64,000 nucleotides of DNA, from positions 85,526 through 149,525 of the forward strand of contig JBGTBF010000043.1 in assembly GCA_041749515.1 (NCBI GenBank), given 5' to 3'. The notes under the pieces were generated by a model. It had not been told where the DNA came from and made no database searches. It was given only the letters and a program-made list of their open reading frames with translations. A program made the position numbers and the translations under genes. The first letter of the stretch is position 1, and every line of letters starts with the position of its first letter. Below, piece after piece: positions 38,530 to 47,634 of this stretch. The DNA is from Planctomycetaceae bacterium (GTDB lineage Bacteria; Planctomycetota; Planctomycetia; Planctomycetales; Planctomycetaceae).

Positions 38530-39645
38530 ATGATGAATCGATTTCTATGTAGACTATTAGGAGTGATCGTTCTGTTGGGTGCTGCCGATTTGTGGGCACA
38601 GTCTGATCCGCCTCCCGTACCAGCTCCAATGCCATTGGAAACAAGGACCGTCACTGAAGAGGTGACGCGAACATTAGAAGATGGAACAACGGTAACAGAA
38701 CAGGTCACTCGAGAAGTGCCCGTTGAAACCGCACCCCGCGTTTTGGGTGCCCCCCAACAATCGATTGCCCCGAACGCGTCAGGTTCGCAAAACAGCGGAC
38801 AGTTCATGAATAATAACGCGTTCAATGGAGCTGGTGCTAGTGGTGTACCAAATTCGGGTGAAGTGAGAACAAACAACGATCAGCCTCCTCCCCCTAAAAC
38901 TCGGACTTTCATCGATGAATCCGGCAACCGTGTCACCGAGACAACCGTGTTTGTGCCTGTAAGGAGACTTCGACCGGATGGTTCAATCGAGACTGAGTAT
39001 GTCCCTGAACTAAGGTCTCAATCTGCGCCGAATTCCTCTGGATCGAACAACACTCAAGGATTCACTAACACCACTCAGTTTCCAGGCGGGGGGAACACTT
39101 CACCAGCTCTTCCTTCTAACCCCTCGATGAATGGAAACTCCGGCAGCGGAATCATCAACTCGGGAAGCCCCCCGATTGCGCCTCCTCGTACTGATGCGCC
39201 TCCTCATTCTGGATCGTCACCAAGTTTGTCCGGAAATCTCAGTTCAGGAACACCGCCGCTTGCTCCACCACAATCGCATGCTCAAGGGACCCCCAATAAT
39301 CCGCCAGTCGCCCCACCGGTGAATCATTCAGCTCATACGACATCACCGCTCAGTGATCCCCCCGGCGTGCCAGATCATGCCTCCAAGCACCCGATTGTCA
39401 TCATCAATAAAGCAAAGTACGGAGAGTCGGTGTTCTATGTGCTGATCGACGGAAATGTCAAATATCCAATGTCGATGAAACCCGGTGAGGAACAAAAGCT
39501 GGCCCATGACCGCAATTGGATTATTGAGTATCAGAGCGCTCCGGGAGAAATTAAGCAATATGAACTCAAAGGCAAACAACTCTACATCTTCCATCCTGAC
39601 GCAGCAGGGGACTGGAAGCTGTACATGGACAACCTCCGGGAATAA
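38530..39645 (+). CDS. Secreted Pro/Ser/Asn-rich low-complexity protein with an ordered C-terminal beta-rich domain
   Basis: Signal peptide (LLGVIVLLGAADLWA). Long PPxAPP / NSSGSNN low-complexity segment. C-terminal 90 aa look globular (HPIVIINKAKYGESVFYVLIDG...). Confidence 0.6.
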   Translation: MMNRFLCRLLGVIVLLGAADLWAQSDPPPVPAPMPLETRTVTEEVTRTLEDGTTVTEQVTREVPVETAPRVLGAPQQSIAPNASGSQNSGQFMNNNAFNGAGASGVPNSGEVRTNNDQPPPPKTRTFIDESGNRVTETTVFVPVRRLRPDGSIETEYVPELRSQSAPNSSGSNNTQGFTNTTQFPGGGNTSPALPSNPSMNGNSGSGIINSGSPPIAPPRTDAPPHSGSSPSLSGNLSSGTPPLAPPQSHAQGTPNNPPVAPPVNHSAHTTSPLSDPPGVPDHASKHPIVIINKAKYGESVFYVLIDGNVKYPMSMKPGEEQKLAHDRNWIIEYQSAPGEIKQYELKGKQLYIFHPDAAGDWKLYMDNLRE

Positions 39646-39701
39646 GCAACTGTTACTTTCCGATCAAGTTGGTCGAGCTGGATTCGAGTTGAGGCAGACG
39701 G

Positions 39702-42113
39702 ATGTCTCAAAGCTTACCTTCCTCTACAACTCCACTTTCCAACATGGACTCCTCCATGAATTTTCGATTGTGTACTGGTGTGTGTTATTGGGTCGTTCTG
39801 TTTTCCCTGAACGCACAAGCTCAGATACCAACCGGTACACAGCCGTTAAACATTGAAGGCGATCTCGCATCGCAGATGGTGGACGGCATTGATCGATTCC
39901 TGCTGAAACAAATCGAGCAGGTCAAGGCGGAACGCGCGAAGCACTGGAATTACGACACAACTTCACTGGAATCTTATGTTGGGTCGATTCAACCGCATCG
40001 ACATCGATTGGGCGTCCTACTTGGGCTGCGCGATCAACGCGTCGAGCCTCAAGCTCCTTATGCAGCGGGTCGCTGGGATGACCCCAAGGTTCTTGCAGAA
40101 TGCGATGCGTACCGCGTGTACCGCATTCGCTGGCCGGTCCTGGCGGATCCCGCTCCTGCGAATGCGAATTTGACCTCGATTCACGGAGAAGGCCTTCTGC
40201 TGGTCCCCACGCAAAAGATCATCGCCAACGTCATCGCTCTGCCGGATGCAAATCAAACGCCGGAACAGATCGCTGGGCTTGTCGCTGGTGTTCCACCCGG
40301 TGCACAGTTTGCCAAGCACCTGGCAGAACGCGGTTGCCGGGTGGTTGTTCCCATGCTGATTAATCGCGAGCGTACCAAACGTAATGGTCGTGCAAATCTC
40401 ACAAACCGTGAGTATCTGTATCGCCCGGCCTTTGAATTAGGACGTCAATTGATTGGTTATGAAATACAGAAAACACAGGCGATTTTGGACTGGTTTGAAA
40501 TCACCTCCACCTCTCCAGAATTGCCGACAGGAGTTATCGGTTACGGTGAAGGGGGCTGGCTGGCGTTGTATGGAGCGGCGGTAGACACTCGTATTGATGC
40601 AGTCTGTGTGTCTGGCGCATTTGGCCCTCGTGAAGAGTGTTGGCAGGAACCGTTAGACCGAAACCTCTTTGGCGTGCTTAAAGAATTCGGAGCTGCGGAA
40701 CTGGCAGCCATGGTGTTGCCGCGAAATTTGATTGTGGAAGCCAGTCACTGGCCTGAAGTTGAACTCAACGGAGATGGCGGTGGCCCCGCCACGCTGAGAA
40801 CTCCTGCCCAGCAAGCAGTCCGTGATGAACTCGCCCTTGTGCAACGCCTCGCAACAAAACTGAACTCTGTAAGTAAGGAACATGCGCAGGTGACTGGTCT
40901 GTTCGACGTTGGCGATCTCTTCTGTAGTCGTGAAACGCTGGCTGTGTTTCTATCGAATCTGACAGGAATAAACGTCGCCCCAGAATTTGAATCGCCAGCC
41001 CCCGCTACTCAAGTCGCCAAGGGGATTGATCTCAACGAGTACATTCAATCGCGGCAGCAACGGCAAGTTGAAGAAATTGATCGCCACAATCAAGCCTTGT
41101 ACCGCGAAAGCGCGCACGTGCGAAAAGAGTTCTTCAAAAAACTGGAGACATCGTCGCTGCAAACTTTTGAACAATCAGCAGAAACGTATCGAAAGATTTT
41201 CGCTGAAGAAGTTGTCGGGAAGTTTGAGCTTCCGCTGTTGCCTTTCAATGCCCGCAGCCGCAAGACCTGGGAAACAGAAACATGGACCGGTTACGAAGTG
41301 CTGCTGGATGTCTTTCCGGATGTCTTTGCGTATGGTGTACTTCTGGTGCCTAATGATTTGAAGCCCGGAGAAAAACGCCCTGTAGTTGTCTGCCAGCATG
41401 GACTTGAAGGACGCCCGACCGATACGTTTTTGAACAATCACCCAGCCTATCACGACTTCGCTGCCAAACTTTGTGAGCAGGGCTTCATCACCTTCGCTCC
41501 TCAAAATTGTTACATCTTCGAAGATCGTTTTCGGACATTGCAACGTAAGGCGAATCCACTGGGGAAGACGCTGTTCTCTGTGATCGTGCCACAACATCAG
41601 CAGCTCGTCAACTGGCTGAAAACTCAACCTTACGTTGATGCAGAGAAGATTGCCTTTTATGGTCTCAGTTACGGGGGGAAATCTGCGATGCGCATCCCGG
41701 CGCTGGTGACTGATTATTGTCTTTCAATTTGCTCGGCAGACTTCAATGAGTGGGTCTATAAAAATGTGAGCACGCGTGACAACTTCAGTTATGTGTGGAC
41801 CGGTGAATACGAAATCTTTGAGTGGGATCTCGGCAGTCGCTTCAATTATGCAGAGATGGCGACACTGATCTGTCCGCGTCCTTTCATGGTTGAACGTGGT
41901 CACTTCGATGGAGTGGGGACCGATGAATGGGTCGCTTTTGAATACGCTAAAGTCCGCAACCTGTATGCAGCTCAACTCGGAATTGGAGAGCGCACAGAAA
42001 TCGAATGGTTCGTCGGCCCACACACAATCAACGGTCAAGGCACCTTCAGATTTCTCAACAAGCACTTGAAGCAAGAACCCGCTTCCACAAATAACAACAA
42101 TGACTTGAAATGA
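39702..42113 (+). CDS. Large secreted alpha/beta-hydrolase-fold protein (esterase/dienelactone-hydrolase-like), about 790 aa. Start is probably 39744 or 39756.
   Basis: Signal peptide MNFRLCTGVCYWVVLFSLNAQA. Nucleophile-elbow GLSYGG near the C-terminus and a second a/b-hydrolase-like region (VIGYGEGGWLALYGAA). Confidence 0.6.
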   Translation: MSQSLPSSTTPLSNMDSSMNFRLCTGVCYWVVLFSLNAQAQIPTGTQPLNIEGDLASQMVDGIDRFLLKQIEQVKAERAKHWNYDTTSLESYVGSIQPHRHRLGVLLGLRDQRVEPQAPYAAGRWDDPKVLAECDAYRVYRIRWPVLADPAPANANLTSIHGEGLLLVPTQKIIANVIALPDANQTPEQIAGLVAGVPPGAQFAKHLAERGCRVVVPMLINRERTKRNGRANLTNREYLYRPAFELGRQLIGYEIQKTQAILDWFEITSTSPELPTGVIGYGEGGWLALYGAAVDTRIDAVCVSGAFGPREECWQEPLDRNLFGVLKEFGAAELAAMVLPRNLIVEASHWPEVELNGDGGGPATLRTPAQQAVRDELALVQRLATKLNSVSKEHAQVTGLFDVGDLFCSRETLAVFLSNLTGINVAPEFESPAPATQVAKGIDLNEYIQSRQQRQVEEIDRHNQALYRESAHVRKEFFKKLETSSLQTFEQSAETYRKIFAEEVVGKFELPLLPFNARSRKTWETETWTGYEVLLDVFPDVFAYGVLLVPNDLKPGEKRPVVVCQHGLEGRPTDTFLNNHPAYHDFAAKLCEQGFITFAPQNCYIFEDRFRTLQRKANPLGKTLFSVIVPQHQQLVNWLKTQPYVDAEKIAFYGLSYGGKSAMRIPALVTDYCLSICSADFNEWVYKNVSTRDNFSYVWTGEYEIFEWDLGSRFNYAEMATLICPRPFMVERGHFDGVGTDEWVAFEYAKVRNLYAAQLGIGERTEIEWFVGPHTINGQGTFRFLNKHLKQEPASTNNNNDLK

Positions 42114-42157
42114 CTTACAGGCTTTTCTTTTGCGAAACGCTGAAGCGGGTCGTTCAT

Positions 42158-43828
42158 TTAATAGACTGAAAAGTTAATCGTTTCAGTCGTTATTTTTCCA
42201 CTGAGATCATCCTGCACTGTGAGTTTCAGCACGTGTGGGCCGGGTACCAAGTGTGTGGGCATGTCGATCCGGTAGCTGTGGTAGTAGTCGGTTCGCGGCG
42301 TTCGACACAGGTCTTCTGTTGGAGGAAAAGCGTTACGATCGACTAGTTTTCCATCCGTTCCACCTTGATAGATTTCTACCACCGACTTTAACTTTGTGCG
42401 GTAATACCCGTCTGTTGTTGGCTCGCTTTGAAAGTTTCTCACCTCCGTGTAGACCAGTACGGGCTGCCCGATGTTGAACTCATTCACCTCAAATTGATCA
42501 TAATTTCCGAAGCTGTTGATCTTGGAACAGAAGGTCACATTCTTGAGTTGCAGGTGCGAGATTTCTTGCAGGTGATGGGCAGCGTTGCGAAGTTGGGCAA
42601 TGGTCATGGTTGCTCGTTCTGCCGGACTGGCTGGCGATTGCTCGTCCAGATAATCAGACAGCCCGACAAACATCGCCGTCCAAAACTCCTGTTCAGCTTG
42701 CGAAATGCCAGGAATCGCCTGTTGTGCAAGTTGAGGTTGATCGCCAACCAAATACAACATCCGTAAGGCCACCTGTTTGCGAACGTCTCCACGAATAGCT
42801 GCACTTCCCGGAAGCAAAGAAGAGGTTTCTGCTTCCAAAAGAGAGATCAACTTATCGAGTTCGTCTTCCCACAATTCAGATCCACGGGGAATTCGTAATG
42901 GAGCAGTGTCGGTTGGCTTTGGCTCTGGAGCGGTGTTCAAGTCGAATTGAAGGGAATCCGATTTTGGCGGTTCCGTACTTTCTACATTTTCAGAAACAGT
43001 ACCTCCGCCACCTAGTATCTTTGGAAGCAAACTCAGATGGTTTGCTGTCTTCTCTTTCTCGGTGGGGGGCTTTTCCCCATTTGTCCAAATGCGTTTGGGG
43101 TCTGCCAATGACTTCAACCGATTTGGCCAACTCTGGTCTTTTACGGGACCGGGAGCTTCTAAACCATCTACAGGGGCATCAGCGTCTTCTGGCTTTAATT
43201 CTTCGCCTGTGGCAGAGTTGTCGATTGAGTTGTTTAGTTCTCGAGTTACATCAGCTTGTGAGCTGTCGTCTTGAGAGCTGTTGTCTGTAAGAGTGGCCTC
43301 TGAACTTGCAGAATTGAACGTGTTCAAACCGCTTCCCGAAACGGTTTGAATCTTTTCGTTTGTCTCAGCGATCACTTCTTCATCGCTTAACGGATTTTGA
43401 ACAACGAGTTTTTCTTTGGGGGCAACTTTTTCCGGTGCTACAGGATCTTCAATCCGGCGGGACTTCAAAATATACGGGACCATTTTTGCATCAACGCTAT
43501 TGAGATAGCTGACCCACTCCATCCGTTCTTCCGGGGGAAGATCTTTCAGTTCGGTATCGATCAATGCTTGCGTGGCTGGATCGTGAACGTTGTTTTGAGT
43601 TCCCTCTGCCACCAAAGGTTCACGGCCTGATTCGGTCGCGACAGGGGGAGTTTCGGCTTCAGATTCTAAAGACGCAGGAGAAGAAACCGGGGCTTCTTTG
43701 TTTTTGTTGAAAGAGGGAAGCGCCAGCCGATTGGGAAATGCAAAACGGGGGCTTCCGCCGATCGAGTTGCAGCCACAACTCATCAGAATCAAAAGTATCC
43801 CAAAGCTATCGACATAACGCCGTCGCAT
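42158..43828 (-). CDS. Hypothetical lipoprotein with an acidic Pro/Glu/Ser-rich low-complexity middle and a structured C-terminal domain
   Basis: N-terminus LLILMSCGCN is lipobox-like. 556 aa. No family recognised. Confidence 0.6.
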   Translation of the reverse strand: MRRRYVDSFGILLILMSCGCNSIGGSPRFAFPNRLALPSFNKNKEAPVSSPASLESEAETPPVATESGREPLVAEGTQNNVHDPATQALIDTELKDLPPEERMEWVSYLNSVDAKMVPYILKSRRIEDPVAPEKVAPKEKLVVQNPLSDEEVIAETNEKIQTVSGSGLNTFNSASSEATLTDNSSQDDSSQADVTRELNNSIDNSATGEELKPEDADAPVDGLEAPGPVKDQSWPNRLKSLADPKRIWTNGEKPPTEKEKTANHLSLLPKILGGGGTVSENVESTEPPKSDSLQFDLNTAPEPKPTDTAPLRIPRGSELWEDELDKLISLLEAETSSLLPGSAAIRGDVRKQVALRMLYLVGDQPQLAQQAIPGISQAEQEFWTAMFVGLSDYLDEQSPASPAERATMTIAQLRNAAHHLQEISHLQLKNVTFCSKINSFGNYDQFEVNEFNIGQPVLVYTEVRNFQSEPTTDGYYRTKLKSVVEIYQGGTDGKLVDRNAFPPTEDLCRTPRTDYYHSYRIDMPTHLVPGPHVLKLTVQDDLSGKITTETINFSVY

Positions 43829-44048
43829 GGCATCCTTGCCGTGACTACAGACTTAATAGTGATGTGATTCTTCAAGATGACTCAACCGAATTCATACAAC
43901 AAGACCAAGTTGCGAGAACTTCTTGAACAACCGTTAAACTTGTAAAACCTGCCGGTCTCGAACAGAGTAACTGAGAAAACAGGTAAAATAGAGGGGATGC
44001 ATATTCGTTGTAAGGTCTATGCAGGGGTCTTATTACTGCATAAGCGTT

Positions 44049-44163
44049 GGAGGTGTGATGACTGCGTTTGAGAAGAAATATGTCATTTGTTATTGGGAAT
44101 TTGTCATTTGTCATTGAAACAACCGGCCGTCTGTCGCTGACCTCTCCGAGGTCAGTGGTCAAC
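44049..44163. repeat. About 115-bp intergenic repeat element (copy A) ending in a REP-like perfect hairpin ctgacctc-tcc-gaggtcag
   Basis: About 85% identical to 61848..61953. Shares the hairpin module with 36687..36717. A partial fourth copy (gtcgctgacctc) lies at 44241..44252. Confidence 0.7.
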
Positions 44164-44329
44164 CAACAACCGGACCTCAACTGTGGAAGCGTGTCTCATC
44201 GCCAAAAAACAAACCACGGAACACGGAGTGCTCCGCGACTGTCGCTGACCTCTTCTTTCTCTGCGAACCAATCCGACTCCGCTCTCAGCGTTTAACAAAA
44301 TTCCCCGCTGGCAACTGGATACCTGTTGT

Positions 44330-44500
44330 AGGGTGCATTCCACACTTTGTAGGTCTCACATTTGAAAAACGCAGGCAAGTTTTGAGGTAACGCATTTCCA
44401 CGAGCCCGCAGCGTTAGCAAGGGATGGACTTTGATTTTTCTCCGTGGCGATCACTTCGGACAACACACCTCGTAAATTTCCCTTGCTGACGCTACGGGCT
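44330..44500. repeat. About 170-185 bp hairpin-forming repeat element, copy 1, bracketed by 19-23 bp direct repeats
   Basis: About 85-90% identical to 52799..52985. Internal 24-bp inverted repeat (44401-44424 / 44469-44492). Direct repeats gcaactggatacctgttgt at 44310-44328 and 44570-44588. Confidence 0.7.
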
Positions 44501-44687
44501 CGTAAAGATGCAACATCCATAACTTGACAATCGACGCAGTCACCCTGCGTTTCATAAAATGTCGCGCTCGCAACTGGATACCTGTTGTTCGGCATCGTCC
44601 AACCTACACACTAAAAGCCACAACGTGCGCAATGCACCCATACAGCGGCACGTTGTAATACTGTCATTCGGGAGGAGCAACTTGAAT

Positions 44688-46874
44688 TTAGCCTAGTGGC
44701 GGCTTGAGCATCGTCAGCCCGATGCGTTTTCTGTCTGCGTCGAGACTGTCGATCCAGACAGTCACAATATCGCCGACACCCACGATTTCATAAGGGGAGG
44801 CAACATAGGTCTTCGACATTTTACTTACATGCACAAGTCCGTCGCCTTTAATTCCAACATCGACGAAGGCTCCAAAATCAACAACATTCGTCACCGATCC
44901 GGTCAGTTCCATCCCCGGTGCAAGGTCTTCAAACGAGAGTACTTCACTGCGAAAGACCGGTCCGGGCAAATCTTCACGCGGATCGCGGCCCGGTTTTAAT
45001 AACGATTGCAAGAGTTGCTGTGCGGTATAGACGTCGGTCTCTAACTCATTTGCCAATTCATCCGCTTTGACGCTGACCATTTTCTCCTGGACTTCCGCTG
45101 GCAGTTTTCCACTTCTCAAATGGTCTTCCTGCAACTCAAATCGGGAGAGCAGCTTTCTGGCGATGGGATAACTCTCGGGGTGAATCCATGTTGAATCCAG
45201 TGGTTCTGGGCCTTCGGGCAGTTTTAAGAAACCGGCTGCTTGCGTATATGTTGCTTCACCGATTCCCGAAACTTGCAGAAGATCTGCGCGCTTTGAAAAC
45301 GGACCATGTTCGTTGCGATAAGCCACGATCTTTTTCGCAATGCTTCTTGAAAGTCCCGAGACATGTTTCAGAAGTTCAACGCTGGCATGGTTCAGGTCCA
45401 CACCAACATGGTTGACGCTCGACTCAACCACCGCAGCGAGAGACGTTTGCAATTGTTTCTCTGAAACATCATGTTGATACATGCCAACACCGATATGTTG
45501 GGGATCGATCTTAACCAGTTCACTCAGCGGATCCTGGAGCCGTCGCCCAATGGAAATCGTGCCTCGCACCGTTGCGTCAAGCTCAGGAAACTCTTCGCGA
45601 CCAGCTTCACTTGCAGAGTACACGCTGGCACCGGCTTCGTTCACAATGATGTACTTGATCCCAAGTTCCCTGGAACTGATTGTCTCTGCGACAAGTGCCT
45701 CGGTCTCGCGCGATGCGGTTCCGTTCCCGATGGCAATCACATCACAACGATGCGTCTTCACCAGCTCGGCCAGCTTCTCCTGCATCGCTTCTTTCTCTGC
45801 CGGTTTGACGACCGAGATCAAATCGCTGGCAAGTACATTGCCATCTTCATCAAGTGCCACAATTTTGCATCCAGTACGATATGCTGGATCAATCGCTAAC
45901 ACGCGTTTCATTCTCAATGGAGGTTGGAGTAACAAGTTGCGCAAGTTTTTGCAGAAGACTTCAATGGCATGTTCTTGGGCTTTGTCGCTGAGATCGCGAC
46001 GAATCTCTCGTTCGATACTGGGATTGATCATGCGTTTGAGAGCATCGTCAACACACTGCACCATGAAGTCACGTGCAGGGTGATTATTGAGTGCAAGCAA
46101 ACCGCCAACGCGAATGTGAGCGAGTTCCTGATCCCACTTGGTACTGACTCGCAATGCCTTTTTATGCTCCCCGCGATCAAGCGCCAGAATGCGATGCGGA
46201 GGAGCTTTGATCAGTACCTCTGAAAACTTCGCGTAGTCCTTAAATGTCTCTGCATCTTTAGATTTTGGAACCAGTTTACTTTCAATGGCACCGGTCTTCC
46301 AGGCGGTGTTGCGAACCACATCGCGAAGATCCGCCCGCTCCGCAATCCGTTCCACAATGATGTCCTGTGTCCCAGTAAGTACAACCTCGACTGACGTCAG
46401 TAAGGGGTGTTTGCCGACACAGTTTTGAGCAACCGCCGGCAACGCGGAGGCGGGTAACTTCCCGTCCCAAATCGCATTCGCCAGTGGGGTGAGGCCCATC
46501 TCACGCGCATCGTCAGCGCGCGTTTTCCGTTTTGATTTAAACGGAGCATACAATTCCTCGAGCCGTTTTAAAGAATCGGCCTGTTCGATTTGCTGCTTAA
46601 GTTCATCCGTCAGCTTACCTTGTTCGACCAGTGCTGCCAGCAGCTTTTCGCGACGATCCGCCAAAGCCCGGATTTCAGCAGCCAGGGACTGAATTGCACG
46701 TATCTGTTCTTCGTCTAGGCCGCCCGTCTGTTCTTGGCGGTACCGCGTAATAAACGGGACTGTGTTTTCGGCATCTAAAAGCTCAAGAGTATTCTTGACT
46801 TTCTTTTTAGCCAGACTCATTTTTTGAGCGATTAGCCGAATCAGATTTTGTTCGAGTTCATCCATGTGATTCAA
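44688..46874 (-). CDS. tex: Transcription accessory protein Tex (YqgF/HhH/S1 domains)
   Basis: N-terminus NLIRLIAQKMSLAKKKVKNTLELLDAENTVPFITRYRQEQTGGLDEEQIRAI is diagnostic. C-terminal S1 domain (…MELTGSVTNVVDFGAFVDVGIKGDGLVHVS…). 728 aa. Confidence 0.9.
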   Translation of the reverse strand: MNHMDELEQNLIRLIAQKMSLAKKKVKNTLELLDAENTVPFITRYRQEQTGGLDEEQIRAIQSLAAEIRALADRREKLLAALVEQGKLTDELKQQIEQADSLKRLEELYAPFKSKRKTRADDAREMGLTPLANAIWDGKLPASALPAVAQNCVGKHPLLTSVEVVLTGTQDIIVERIAERADLRDVVRNTAWKTGAIESKLVPKSKDAETFKDYAKFSEVLIKAPPHRILALDRGEHKKALRVSTKWDQELAHIRVGGLLALNNHPARDFMVQCVDDALKRMINPSIEREIRRDLSDKAQEHAIEVFCKNLRNLLLQPPLRMKRVLAIDPAYRTGCKIVALDEDGNVLASDLISVVKPAEKEAMQEKLAELVKTHRCDVIAIGNGTASRETEALVAETISSRELGIKYIIVNEAGASVYSASEAGREEFPELDATVRGTISIGRRLQDPLSELVKIDPQHIGVGMYQHDVSEKQLQTSLAAVVESSVNHVGVDLNHASVELLKHVSGLSRSIAKKIVAYRNEHGPFSKRADLLQVSGIGEATYTQAAGFLKLPEGPEPLDSTWIHPESYPIARKLLSRFELQEDHLRSGKLPAEVQEKMVSVKADELANELETDVYTAQQLLQSLLKPGRDPREDLPGPVFRSEVLSFEDLAPGMELTGSVTNVVDFGAFVDVGIKGDGLVHVSKMSKTYVASPYEIVGVGDIVTVWIDSLDADRKRIGLTMLKPPLG

Positions 46875-47634
46875 ATCAATTCCAAGAGTTTTCGCTGTGA
46901 TAAACGCATGCTCAAGGAATTGATTATGACTAGCAGAGTCGCATCTGTCACCTCCTCACCCGATTTTTAGTCTCGTGGGTTTCCCCATCGCCGATCAACT
47001 TTGCAAAACTCTGCGTCTGATCGACCTCTGCGTTTCATAAAACTCCTTGATCGCACTCTTCAGCCAGCACCAGCGGATCAAATTCAGCGCGGAGAATTTT
47101 TGCCACAATCACACTTGTACAACCCCACAGCGTTTCGAGTGGTGAGCTTGTCATTCTGCTTCGAGGCGATCACCACGTACCACACATCAGAAATTCGCTT
47201 GACTGATCTGTGGGGTTTGTAGAAATTCGCAATTTAACGATGAATGGCTGGAGTGGAATTCACCAGATTCAATGTGTATTATTAACCGTTGAGTTAAAGG
47301 AGCAACTAAAGTTGGTATACCAATTGCTTTGTTGGCTTTAAGTGACCGGATAGCTGATACTTGAGTGATTTCACATGGAGTTTGTATCAACTTAAACGAG
47401 CATTTGCGCATCGAGTGCGCATTATTGCTCAGAAAACAGGCAACGCCTGATCCAGAACTGCTGCATGATGCAAACATGGTTTCTACTCTTTCACCTTTTA
47501 AAGGGTATAAACTTGAATCCCCGGACGTTCTACCTGGCGTTCGCGCTCAACTCCTTGGATTCTTTTTGAACAGGCAGGGTGCCTGTGAACTTCAGTAATT
47601 TCAGGTGACACAAACAATCGAGAAGGATCATTAC

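Noticed and set aside
44068-44295. 75-aa ORF (MRRNMSFVIGNLSFVIETTGRLSLTSPRSV…)
   Set aside because: Composed entirely of the 115-bp repeat element and its partial copies. The internally repeated peptide (RLSLTSPRS / RLSLTSS) mirrors the DNA repeat, so it is not a gene.
45481-46083. 200-aa and 142-aa plus-strand ORFs
   Set aside because: Antisense to tex. Low-complexity Ser-rich translation.
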